Position numbers and translations under genes: made by a program
Part shown: one piece after another, positions 29,240 through 42,400 of the stretch
Layout: each line of letters begins with the position of its first letter
How positions within the stretch are numbered: position 1 is the stretch's first letter
Virus record (IMG/VR): IMGVR_UViG_3300028886_000058
Location: 32,001 to 96,000 of that record
Reading direction: 5' to 3' (one strand)
Length of the DNA stretch: 64,000 bases
From: a virus
Taxonomy: Duplodnaviria; Caudoviricetes
Notes under the pieces: model-generated
The model's input: the letters and a program-made list of their open reading frames with translations, nothing else
Databases searched by the model: none
What the model was told of the DNA's origin: nothing

Positions 29240-30331
29240 TTATGCGAACGTTGGTTTATACGAAAAATTCAGTTTGTCTAAATTCATTGTTGTCTTTGGA
29301 GTAATAATAAGTTCGTTCATAGACACGACCATTGTTTTTTCATTTCCAGAATGTTCAATTTCAGGAGTAACAGTAAACCTATCAACATCGCTGTTAATTT
29401 GTTCGACGATCTTTCTCCACCTGTTATCAATATAAATATATTTACCAATCAAATTAATATGAACCTGATTAGTTAGCATAACAGTATTTCCCGGTTCATA
29501 ACAAGCAAACAACTGTCTCATTGGTTCTCCAGCTGGCTCCAGTTCGATAAACCCTTCGTCATGGTACATAAAAGCTAATTCGCTTTCGGAAGATCCTCTG
29601 AGGAGCGTTTTGCCGCTGACACCGTCTATGTAAACTTCTTTATCAGAGTCAGTTGTATCAGCTCTGGAAATAGCTACTAAGCCACAAGTTTGGTTCGTTG
29701 TTTTGTTATAGATAGTAACTCCGTCACCAACATCACCAGCTACGATAATGCTGACATGAGCACGTTCAGTTCCGGGGTTTAACAACAGAATTTCTGTTTG
29801 TTCTGTTAAGTTAGTAAAAGAAGTTTGCGGAACCATGTCTTCGTTTTCTGGCATAGCTGTATTGCGCATAACTCTAAAATGATCAACATCCGTTAGTTCG
29901 TTGTACATTTTATCGCTTCTTGCATATGGATAGTATGCTTTCATGTTGATAGTAACTAATCCGTTCATATAGTTATTCAGTTCAGGATGAGGCACGCTTG
30001 TTACAGTTGCATAGTAATAACACCAAGGTCTACGTGCAAATATAAGTTTACCCGCCTTACCAATTCTGAATAGATTATGTATTTTAGCCATAACACCTTC
30101 ATCCAACGAAGATTCTTCAAACAAACAACGAAGTCTAAACTCCTTTGGTTGTTTTGAAGATCCATAATAGTATCCGCCATTATGTCCTTCGAAGGTTTCT
30201 TCGTAGATGTTTGTTTCGGCGGGAGCATATACATATGTATCTTCTTTTTCCGGCACATAGGTTAAGCCGAGATCAGCAATATCTATACCGCAAAAAGAAA
30301 AGCCGCCTTCAATTAACTTGTCGCACTGCAC
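29240..30331 (-). CDS. Distal tail protein (Dit)
   Basis: Directly after the tape measure gene. FSFCG.....GL, G.L.F...P..YYYA and F/M.AYYPYA motifs. GTG start after AGGAGG. Confidence 0.7.
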   Translation of the reverse strand: MQCDKLIEGGFSFCGIDIADLGLTYVPEKEDTYVYAPAETNIYEETFEGHNGGYYYGSSKQPKEFRLRCLFEESSLDEGVMAKIHNLFRIGKAGKLIFARRPWCYYYATVTSVPHPELNNYMNGLVTINMKAYYPYARSDKMYNELTDVDHFRVMRNTAMPENEDMVPQTSFTNLTEQTEILLLNPGTERAHVSIIVAGDVGDGVTIYNKTTNQTCGLVAISRADTTDSDKEVYIDGVSGKTLLRGSSESELAFMYHDEGFIELEPAGEPMRQLFACYEPGNTVMLTNQVHINLIGKYIYIDNRWRKIVEQINSDVDRFTVTPEIEHSGNEKTMVVSMNELIITPKTTMNLDKLNFSYKPTFA

Positions 30332-30357
30332 AAGTTTGCCCTCCTTCCTATGAATGT

Positions 30358-30390
30358 GGAGAGAGAAGAGCGTCAAGCCCTTCTCTCTCC
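30358..30390 (-). terminator. Hairpin downstream of the tape measure gene
   Basis: GGAGAGAGAAG/CTTCTCTCTCC stem. No clear U-tract. Confidence 0.4.
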
Positions 30391-30455
30391 TTTATGTCTT
30401 TTTTCGAATGGTCACATTTTAAACAATACGAAAAGAAATTATAACAATACGTAAA

Positions 30456-33400
30456 TTACCAAGCATATGCAGCTAAATTGAACCCGTCTTTTTGCAATTC
30501 TTTAGTGAATGCTTTACCAACTCTACGAGCGACCTCATCGTAATCAGCATCGCTCTCAAGACGAGCTTCATAAAGATTGACGTTAACATCTCCAACATTA
30601 ATACCGCCTTTTCCAAATGCGCTTTCATCAAGATGTGTCATGTAAGGTGAAGTTTTAATATACGTAAATTCATCAAGCATTGCACGTAGTAAAGCAGTGT
30701 CAGTAGAATCAAGGAAAGCTTCTGGTTTAGTTTTAGTTCCGTCAACCCAAGCTGGTCCAGTATAGTCTACAAGACCGCCGTTTAAGAACGTTCCTACGTT
30801 TTTCGCTTTTCTGCCACCCGCATTCACAGTTCCGTTTTTGTCTTCTTGATATATATTACCTGTTTGACGTTGAACGCCACCTTTTTTTGCAAATTCAGAT
30901 ATGGCTGCGTCTTTAGCAGCATTTTTAGATGATTTCCATCCTCCACCAGCCAACAACGTTGTATTATCAGATTTTAAACCAAATGCTGTTGCATAGTAAT
31001 TTGCATATCCACTAGGACTACTACTAGAACTGCTGCTACTGCTGCTACTTGAACTTTTCTTTTTCTTTGGTTCATCTTTTTTCCCAATACCTTCATATTC
31101 ACTAAATTGGCTCATGAAGTCAGTATACAAGTCTTTATGGGGTCCGCCGATAATAGCGTCAAAATAATCTTTAAGATTGCCAAAATCAGAATCAGCACTG
31201 TCCCATTCAACTTTGTAGGTCCAATCTTGCATATCGTCAATCTTGTCTAATATTTCATGAGTATCGTATAGTTCATATTTATCGTCTTTATCTGCAGCAA
31301 TCATACGATCATACATATAGTCAAGATTCATTTCAATTGCTTTTTTACCAGCTTCAGAAGCCATTGCATAAGAATCGCTGCCAAGCATATAATCCATAAA
31401 GCTTTCTTTAGAAGAACCATATCCTTCTACTTCATCCCAATAGGTTTGAAGCTCATGTTTCATTACATGCCAAGTATCTTCCCAACCTTGTTCAAGCTGT
31501 TTGCGACGTTCTTCAGAAGCATTTTTATATTCTTCATCGTCTTGAGCCATGAAATTAACAAAGTCATCAAAAGTACCGGATAAAAGTTCAGTTACTTTAT
31601 CTCTAAATGTATCATAGTGACTTAGTCTTTCATTTAAATTTTCTTCTTCTGTGGATACGAATTCATCCAGCGCTTTTATCTGATCTTCATAAAGCTTATT
31701 TTGAGCAGCAGCTTGTTCATCAGCAATGTTCCAAGCAAGATCTCGTTCAATTTCTTCGATCTTCTTAGAAAGTTCTTTAGCGTCTTTTGTACGAGATTGA
31801 TCTGCCTGAATTAATGCTAACTGTTGTTTGAGCCGAGAAAGTTCTTCCATTTTATCTTCTTGGTTCATAGCATCTTTCTTTGCTTTTATTCTTTCGTTTA
31901 ACAAAGCCTTCTGTTCGTTCAAAGCTTCTTTCTGTTTTTGAATTGTTTTCTTAATCAAGGCCCATTCATCTTGGTAATTCTTTTTAATTACGTTTATTAT
32001 AGTATTTTCCATAGTAACTGTAGCATTTAACATATTCTTTTCTGTTTGTATTCTATTTCTAATTTCTTTATCTATTGCATTTTCAACATCAGTATGAGCT
32101 TTTATAATAGCTTCCTGATTCTTTCTGATTTTTTCCGTTAATTGTTCTACAGTATTTATTTCAGATTTACGAGCTTCTTCCAGTTTATAAATTTCAGCTC
32201 TTACTTGTTTGTATATCGGAGAACTGCTATCTAATGTATCATAGAAAGCTCTTAATATTTCAAGTTGATTTTCTATATTCGATGTACGTTCATTATGAAG
32301 CCCTTGTTCAACCTCAAGAGCTCTACCGTAGTTAGTAAGCTCTCCAAGGTTCTGGAATTTGGTTTCATCGTATTGAACAAGCTTAATTTGGTGTTGATTA
32401 AGATCGTCGATTACAGAGAACGCATCAACAATATTTTGGAAACTAACTTGTTCTATCTCATTCTTGAGATCAATTATCGCATTTGAAGCGGATTTAGAAC
32501 CTTGCTCAAGTTCCCAGATGCCTTCTGTTACTATTTTCCACGCGTCAGAATATTCTTCTATTTCACCATTTCCAATAGCAGTATCAAGCATCTCTTGGAG
32601 ACTATCTCGTTGGGCTTCCTGTTCAATAGCAATTTGCTCTTGAAGTTCAGCTTGCTCACGAAGCATCTGGAGATATCCCTCATTATTGCTTTCTTTTTTA
32701 TATGCTTCGCCTTGCAATTGAGCCATTTGAAGCTGTGCCTGAAGAGGTTTAACAGCATCTTCAACTTGATATCTTGCTTGATCAACATAAGACTGCGCAA
32801 TTGCTTGATCTCTTTCGATCTTGTCGACGTCAAGCTGATGTAGCATTTCATCGTAGCTATACAATGCTTCTTTAGCATTGTACCAAGATTCAGTTTCAGA
32901 CCATCCATCTTCTTCAAGTTGAGCCATTTGTGCACGAGCACTGTTTGCTGCTTCTTGATAATACTTGTACAACTCTTCATTTTCTGCTTTAATCCCGCGA
33001 ACAGTATCGCGATATTCATCATACATATGAAGCATTTGATACGCATTACCATAACTTTCAAAGTTATTAATGTTATGTTGCGCATCCATAGAATTGCGTT
33101 CAAGCTGAGTAGCAATATTTCCAAGACGTGCTTCATTAAGCGCAATAGTATCTTGCAAGAATTGATTCTCAAGATCAGCATTTTCAGCTTGCAACTGCCA
33201 GATATGATCTCTTACGTTCAGCCAATTCTTTGAGTTTTCCTTATACTTTGTAAGAAGATCTTCATATTCTTTTATGTCGTCATTATTCTTTTTAATATCT
33301 TCTTTGTATTGACTAAGAATGTCGTTTTGGGTAGATTCATACTTTCCAAATTCTTCAGCAAGCTGATAGTTCTGAGCTTGTTTCTGGAGTATCGTAGCAC

Positions 33401-36400
33401 GTTGAGTAGCTGGTTTTTCTTCGTTTTCTTGCCTTATTTCTACTATTGTTATTTTCTTACCTTCTAAATCATCAAGAACATTCTTAATATTGTTGAGTTC
33501 TTCTTCGTAAGAATATAACTGCTCTGTTGCTTTCCACCAGTCATCAGAATATTTAGATAATCCACTTCGATAATTCTTTAATTCTTCTATACTCTTTTGA
33601 TACTGGGCTTCAAGACGAGATTGAAGGTTTATTTCCTTGTCTACTGTAGATAAATAATTGTCATAATCATTCATCTTTTCGTAGTGTATTTCATCAATCT
33701 CGAGCATCTTTTGCTCGTGCTGCAAAGCGGCAAGATCATGCTTTTGTTTTTCAAGAAGCTTATCGAGGCCAGATTTACCTCCACCGCCTCCTCCGCCTCC
33801 GCCGCCACCATGAGATCCAGTTCCTTTTACACTATCAATAACAACTTTACCAGATACATGTGTCCCATCGTCGGTGACTTCATAATGAGCGTCAACACCC
33901 ATGGATTGGAGCAACGCAATTAGCTTTGCTTGCTCTTCAGACATCGCGCTGCCAACGCCTTCAACGATGTCTTCCATTGAAACATTCCATGATCCGCCTT
34001 CAAGATTAACAGTTGGTCCTCCAGGAATTGTTAACGTTTCTCCGTTAATATATTCGCCTAAAACATCAGAAAGATCATCTATATAATTGTTTGCAAAATC
34101 CTGTAGCCCAGCAATGTCACTTGCTTCGTTTTCCTCTAGCGCTTTTAATATCGCGTCATTAAATTTTCCTGATTTTAATTCTTTATCGCTAAGGTTAAAC
34201 CCTGTCATTTCTTTTACAGCAGATAATGTATCCTTATCACGTTTTCCTTTTTTAAACTGATCAGTATAATATTGATTTTTAGCAACTTTTGACAATTCTG
34301 AACGTAAATTCTTAAAAGCAGATGTTTGTTCTTGTATTGAGCTACTATCATCGTGCATCGCTTTTCTGGCATCACGCAAAGACTTTGTAATATTCTTTTG
34401 AGCTTTGTTCCATTCATCTGACGTCTTTCCAGACTTTTTTAGAATTTCATCATAACGCTCATTTGTCTCGTTGAAATCATCTAGCTCAATTCCAGCCTCT
34501 TGTACTGCTTCAGCAACAGCAGCCCATGTATCAAATCCTTCTATTCCAGACGTATAAGCCTCAAAAGAACCAATTCTATCGTTATTGCGTATTGCGCTTA
34601 TGTCGTTAGAATTTATAATTTGTTGTAAACCTTGATACCTCTGGGAATTTGTTAATCCAGACACGCCGTTTGCAGCATTGTTGACAATAGTATTTGCATA
34701 TAGCTGGTCTAAATCAGAAAGATTCTCGTTTGGATTGAACGTCGCTAAACGTTCTGTCATGTTGCCATCATCTAAAAACCATGATCCGTTTTCGAAATAA
34801 GCACCCTCCGGAAGATTTAACCCCACTCCATTTTGGAAATCAATAAGACTATTTCTAACGTAATTAGAATATCGCGTGTTTCCTGTAATTTGACTTAAAG
34901 CCTCATATCCGGCTTCTTGATCTGCAATGTCTCCTTGTAAAAACGAGAGCGCTCTATCGTAAGTTTCTCCAGATGTAAGCACTTCTGTTATATTGTTAAA
35001 AGATTCAGAAGCTGAAGCAGCTGCTTGAGCAAGCATCAATAAAACTTCAGAAGCTTCATGCCCAGAAGCTTCAACATCGGAAAAGTCTATGTTTCCATTT
35101 TCATCTGCTTTAACGCCAATATCGTTGAATTTTTTACGAAGTTCTTCTGAAGAATTTAAGAGATCTGTCCAGTTTTGAACATCAGTATCATTAATTGCGT
35201 TTGCAAGATCTACAAACGATTTAATGCTACCATTAGAAAGCGAATTATAAATCTCATTAGCAGCAATTGCGCCTTTGTTTTGTTGTTGATACTGTAATTG
35301 CTGATAATTAAAAGCTCCACCAGCAGACGTCGAAGACAGCTTAGCTTTTTCTAAACTCTCTTGTTCTTGTGCAACTCGAAGTGCTTCATTGTTTTCGTTA
35401 AACGCTAATTGCCTTAATTCTTCTGATGGAGTTTGCCCGTTTTCTATTGCCCATTGATATTGTTGACCATAAGTTCCAAGACTTGAAACAGCGGCAGAAT
35501 AAAGATCATAGTCGGTATCTTTTGTTAATACTCCATTTAACAATTGCATCCTTGCATTTGCTAATTCAGAATCTGAGTATTTACGCGTTGTATCAGCAAG
35601 CAAGGCAGATCTATCAACAGTACTGCTACTTGGCTTATTATAGTCAGCTAATATTTTTTCGTATCTTTCTTGTATATACGAAGGCACAGAAAAGAACGTG
35701 CCATATTGTGCCATATTATCTGATGCAAAACCAATAGTTCCAGTACTCTCATCATATTGATATCTATATTCATTTCCTGTTGTGCCATAAAAATCATTTA
35801 ACTCTGCTAAAGCAGCTTGGCGAATAGATTCATCTGTTTTTTGATCTTCTTCTGCTATTCTTTGCTCTGTTAACTTTATGGCTTCTTCTCTGTTGTTCTG
35901 TATTCTTTCTTTTGACCATCCGGTATACGACATCATCGCATTAAGCTGTTCTTCAGCAGTGCCATTTCTAAATAAAGCAGCTTGTTGCGCATTGTTGTAT
36001 AAAGTGTTTTCAAATTCAAGCTTCGCTTTAATGGCGAATTCTCCGCCTTTTTGAAGCCCTTCAACTAAGGCCGCAGTTCCTTCAAGTACTTTATTAGCGG
36101 ATTCTAATTCAGATACTCCTGTAACTGCTATTTGTACGTCTATCTCTCTTTTAAGATTAACCCCTTCTTGAGATCTGCGCTGGAAAAGATCCATTTGCAT
36201 ATATTTCTCAAGGCCAGAAATACTTTTAGCAGCACTCCACTCGTCTTCTGTCCATTGAGTTAATCCTGTTTCAGCTTCTGTAAGAGAATCATATCCTAAT
36301 ACTTTTTTAGCTAATGAAGCTGCTTGTGAATTGGTGTATTGTTTTCCTGTACCAAATGCAATTCCCTTTTCAGCAAGCGTTCTTCTTACAAGGTTTTCAT

Positions 36401-39400
36401 ATTCAGAACCAACATATGTTCCTGTTTCAAGAGCATTAAGAATATTATCTGCATTATCTCCAAAATAAGTTTGGAATGATTTATATCCGTCGCTATTTCT
36501 GTATCCTTCTATAAGATTTGGTTGCGATGAAAGAAGATTAATTATTTCTCCCCAAGATGAAGATATACTAGCATTAGTTGCTTTACCTGTAACAGCATTT
36601 TCCAGTCCGGATTTAACAATATTAATATCGTTACCTAGCCAACCCAATAAAGCTTCTGGAGTATCAAATATAGCATTTGCCAATACAGAATCCAGCCCAG
36701 CAGAAGCATAAGCACTTTTTAGCTCGTCAATTGATTCATATTCAGATATTCCTTTAATTCTATATCTCGACAACGAGCTTAAATATGCCTTTTGAAGTCT
36801 TTTATCGTATTCCTCATCAGATTCTCCTTGATACTGAGAACCAGTAATTTCTTGAGCAAGCAACATAGCAGCATCTGTACTTATTGGTTGTCCGTTTAAT
36901 ATGCTTGCTATGCTTGTTTGAAGATTGTTTGCATTGGCTTGTTGTATTTTAGCTGATATAAGTCTATCTGCAGTTTGATAAGCAACATTTCCGTTTGCAT
37001 TTTTTATGCTTGTGTATTCTAAACCGTTTGTTCTGACAAATGCTTTTGCTTCGTCTTCAGTAGTAAAACCTTTTCCGTTAACAAAATACGACCATGCATC
37101 TTCCGGGGCATTCTCTTCAACAAAACGATTTATATAAGCGCTTGGATTGTTGCTATTTAAAAAGCCAGTAAACACACGAGAAATTAATGGAGTTATTGCT
37201 TCTGTACTTAAAAGACCTTTTTTTGCTCCTTCTTGAATCAGATATTCTGGCAATATTTCGTTAGTTTCTTGGTCTACAACGTTCTTAACTATGTAGTTCT
37301 TAAGTGTTTTTTCTAAAAATTCAGAATCATACACATCACTTGCATTTGCCAATGATTCGATAGGAAAGTCTTTTACCATATTTTGAGCAAAATTTAAATC
37401 AATTTGCCTTTTAGCAATGTCTAAATTTTCTTGCATTTCCTGGTTCATTAAACCTGTAACTACATTTTGCCAAAAAGAAGTTGCATCTTCATTAGATATT
37501 TTATTTTCCTTTTTATTCTTTAAAGCAATTGCAACAGGATCAGTTCCATACATTATATCAATATAATCTTTAAAATCTTTGTTTTCAGAATATAAAGAAA
37601 CTAATGCATTTACTCTGCTTTGATTATCTTTATTGGCAGCACTTTCTGTGTTAAACTTACGAATAATTTCTTCTGGTGTTTTATCTTTATATATATTATA
37701 TCTGTCATTTGCTTCTTTGTAATCAGAGTAAGTATATGAACCAGATTCCATACCAGACATTATGGCATAAAGAGAACTTTCATTTGGAACATATTTTGAC
37801 TTAATCCAACTAGAAATTCCTGTTTTTAAATTTGAGATGCGTTGTGGTGTAAAAGATTCTTCATATAATAAATTTTCATAAGTTTGTTGAGATGTTTTTG
37901 CCTCATAATCAACTGCTTCCTGAACTGTTTGACGAGTGTTTTCTTTAAGATACTTTTTGCCTGTTTCGCTAGCGCTTTTTACAGCATTTTCCCAGTTAGA
38001 AAGATCTTTAATTGCATTTAGAATTGACGCAGAAACTTCTGGAAACGCATTCTTTAAATCGTATAACCCTTTTGTAAGATTGTTTTCCGCTTGTGACTTA
38101 GCTACTGAGTCTTGAGAATCTTTTAAATCATTATATGCTTTTCCTAATCTCGTAACTTCATCTATGACATTTTGTTTGCTGTCATATGATTCATCTCTTA
38201 TTGCTTTTGATTCTTCGTTGCTTGTTAATAAACTTTCTTTATATTTATTAAACTTTTCTTTTTCACTTTGGAAATTTAAACCTGCAAATAATCCTTCAGA
38301 CAGAGCACCTCCGGCAAGTCCAGCAACCAACATAATTAATGTGGTAATCGGAGCAAGCTTGCCTCCACTAAGCGCCAATGCAGCAGTAGCAGCTGTAATC
38401 GCAGAGATACCTCCAGCAATAACAGAAAATCCATGCTCTATTCCATTATTATTAGATATCATTTGCAAGAATCCAGATATTCCATCAAGAACACCAGTTA
38501 CAACACCGCCATTAACAAAGCTTTCTACAACAGCGTCCCAAGAACTCTTTAATTCATTCATTGACGCTGAAAGACTCTGCATTGCGACTTCATATTTTGT
38601 TTGCGTTATTCCACTAGAGTTTTCAGCTAAGCCAAGATATTTATCTAACGTTGCACCATTATCTTCTGACATGCCCTCCATTAATGTTGCGAACACATTT
38701 GTCTGGCGAGTACCAGCCATCGCGTTCATAACAATATTCTTTTGGGCGTCGCTTAAATTTTGCCATACTTTTGATAAGTCAGACAAAACTTCATAAGACG
38801 AACGCATTTTACCTAATGTTTTATCGTCCCAAAGATCAATTCCAACAGATTGTAAAGCAGCTTCAGCATCTGACGCCGTAGTTGCTTCGCCGTTCTGATC
38901 GGATGTCCATTTACTAAGACTTAGTCTCCTCATTCGAGTAAATACAGTTTGAAGAGCTGTGCCTACTTGTGTTCCGCTTAACTGCGTATCACTTGTACCA
39001 ATAGTTAAAAGAGCTGTCAATTCAGAATAAGAAACACCTGCAACTTTAGCCGCAGCCGCAGCTTTCTGCATACCTTTGCCAATTTCGGCAGCAGTTGTAG
39101 CAGCAGAGTCACCAAGCGCAACAAGAGCATCCATAGCTGCTTCTGCAGATGGAACAAGATCATTTTGTAAAGCTGTTGTAATTATTTTTGTTGCTTCAGT
39201 TACGTTTAATTTAGTTACTGTTGCAAACTTAATAATGGACTCTGTACGAGAAGAAACTTCAGTATCACTTAATCCTTGACGATAAAGCGCCGCTTCAACA
39301 CCTGCAACATTAGATACTGATGTGCGAAGACCCAATGCTTTACTTATTGTTTGTGAACGAATTCCAGTCATATCCTCATCAGACTTTAAAGTTATGGCTT

Positions 39401-42400
39401 GAATTTCGTTCATTGAAGCGTCAAATTCTTTTACGAAACGTTTTGTTTCCTGAAGCGCTTTTTGGAACAACTGACGTCCAAGACGTGTAGCTAACCTGCC
39501 AACAACGTCTCCGAATTGAGAAGTAATAGCCATTGCTGTAGCCATTGGATCAGATAATTGTTCAATAGCTTTTCCGGCCTCAAGCGAAGCAGCTTCAAGT
39601 TCTTCAACTTCTTTTTTTGTGTTTTTATACTTATCGCTTGAAGTATCTCCGCTTTTTATATAGCTGTTTAACTGCTCTCTTTTTTTCGTCAGATCTTCAT
39701 TTATTGATTGCTGTTTATTTTCCCATTGGGATAACGCAGAATCTCTTCTGTCTAAAGCACGAACCAAGAACCCATTGCGAGTACCAAGACCATGCCTTTT
39801 CATTTGATCCATTTGACGAATAGACTGTTTTATGCGTAAACTGTCTCGTTGTTCACGGATATCGTTTTCAGCTCTTAATTGTTCAATATAATCGTCTTCA
39901 TTGTATTGATCATAATAACTAAGCAAAGAATCTAATCTTTCTTGTTGTGCAGCAGACAGTTTTGTTTTACCGTATCTTTTTTGAATACTTGCTTTTTCTT
40001 GCTTTATTTTTTCTGTTTGTTCATGAGCCGCAATATTAATTTGTTCATCTGTAGACAATCTTAAGCTACTTACATTACCAGCAATTCTAGCTTTTCTTGA
40101 TTCAAAATCTGCGAATGATTTGTCAATAATATTATCGCCATATGCTTTCATAGATGATATGGATATCATCTTATCAAGACTTTTCATATAATTGGCATAT
40201 TCATCAGATTCTTCATCTATGCCAAATTCTTTTGCGTATAATTTAGCATTTGCTTTTAGCTGTTTTACTGATTTTATATAAGATGTCATTTCGTCAGAGA
40301 TGGAAGTAACATTCGATGTCTTTTCACCAGAAGCAAGATCATCTAAATAATCTCTTGACTGATTAAGTTCGTCCCATACGTCTTTTTCGTTCTTTTTTAA
40401 ATACTTTGATTTTTCTTTATTTAATTTGTTCTGTAATGCCGCAGCTTCTTTTCGTTTTGGAATGAATATTTCATTCTGCGCTTCTATTTCAGCGATCTCA
40501 TTCTGAAGCCTTATTTTTTCTTCTTCTGTTTCGGCACCTTTTAGTTCAGCTTTTTTCTTTTTTGCATTAGTTTCATTTGATTCAATTTTGCTTTTAAGAA
40601 CTTCATATGCATCAGAAGCAGCTTCTATTTGTGCTGTAAGATTTTTAAATTCTTCGACCTTGCTGTTTGCCTTTTTCGATGCGACTTCTTCTGTATTGAT
40701 ATTATGTAATAAATCATACGCATCCTGTAAATTTTTAACAGAAGCATCAGGCAATATCGCGTCTAATCCAGAACGAGCTCTGTCTACTTGATCTCTCAGC
40801 ATATCTGCTTGAATAAACATTCCAGCATTTTCAAGATCATAAATAGTGCCTTGTTGCATAGCAAGCTGTTCATAGTTTCTAAGCCATGCGTTTCCTCTAA
40901 GTCCTTGCTTGCTTGCATCGTTTTTCCAGATAAAACTATTGATTCCGGAAACGGTTTGCATTGCTTTATTATATTCGTCATGCATTACAAGAGCCGCGCC
41001 GACACCTTCGCCAGTATTGCTGCCAACTTGAGCTTGCATATGTTCAACACGATTTTGTTCTTGCTGTAACGTATTTGCAATTTCGCTAAATCCGCTATGC
41101 CCAAACATATCGTCTAAAGCTTTACTAACCGCTAAAACTTGATCCATTTGGAATCCATTTTCCGCTAAGGTTTGGATAAGACGAGTTCCTTCTTGGGCCT
41201 TCTCGAGATTCTTTTGTATTGCTTCTGGAGAAGAATTAATCTGGCTTAGTCTGTTCTGTATCGGTTCAACGATATGGATACCTTCTAGTCCTCCGGCGGC
41301 AAGGCCTTTCGACTCTAAATAACCTGGAATAGCGCTTGCATACAACAACTGTTGCATTTGCCACATAGCTCTATCATGCGCTGTTGCATGAGGATAGTTC
41401 TTTAAGTCGCCAATTGAATACTGACCAGTTTTCCTGTTGCGTACCAATAAGTCGAAATAGCCTTTGCTTGTTACGTCTTCTTCTTCGCCTTTTTCATTCT
41501 TGTTTATTTTTTTACCAAGATTAAACGTAAGAGGAGAATTCTTTTCACCAGGACTTGTCGCGCCTTCTACGGCAACAACCTCATATTCGCTTTCAGGAAA
41601 TAAGTTCACTAAGCTATTACCAAGATAATTTTTTATATTTTTATAAGAATCTGTATTTTTAAGTTTCTTTACTTCTGCTTTTGATAAACCTTTTTTACCC
41701 ACATTATCGTCGAAATATTTTTCAAAATCTCCAACAGCTTCTTGTGCGGCTTTTGCTAATTCGTCTTCTGTCATTAATGTTGGGTTTTCTTCTAAGGCTC
41801 TTGCCATTCTTTTTCTCATAAATCCTTCAACGGCTTCATGAGTTGCCCAACCAAGATGTGTATACGGAGTAACATCTTGCTCTTTTCCGCCAAGATAATG
41901 TTCTGCCCATGCTGTTGGATTTTTCATTAATGATGCAAATAAGCTAGGAGAGAACTGAAGCTGATCAAGCTTTTTTGCGCGTGTTTCTTGATCAAAAGTG
42001 GCAATTTGAGATAATGTATCGTTACGTTCTAATAAGCGCTTTGCCTCTGCTTCTTGTTTTAATGCGTTATTAGATAAAACTTCTCCTTGCACATAGCCGC
42101 TTAAATCTGTATGACCTATAAGATTTGTTAAACCAATTTGATTAAGCTGACCAAATAAATCTCTATTAGCTCCAAGAATTGAAGAATTTTGAGTTAAAGC
42201 ATAAGAAACAAGGTTGTCTATTACAGATCCGCCTTGAGAAGCTAATCTTGATTTTGCAATTGCAGCGTCTGAGCGACGTAAATCAGTTCCTTTTAAAAGA
42301 CCATTTTGTCTTTCTTGAGCTACACGTTTTTCTTCTTCTTCGGTTGCCCTTGCTTTTAATTGCAATAACTGTGCAACCATTACATCAGACGGAGCCAAGT

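Noticed and set aside
41200-41970. Cas4 or a CRISPR-associated module
   Set aside because: The Fe-S cysteines are missing, and no repeat-spacer array or other cas gene was seen.
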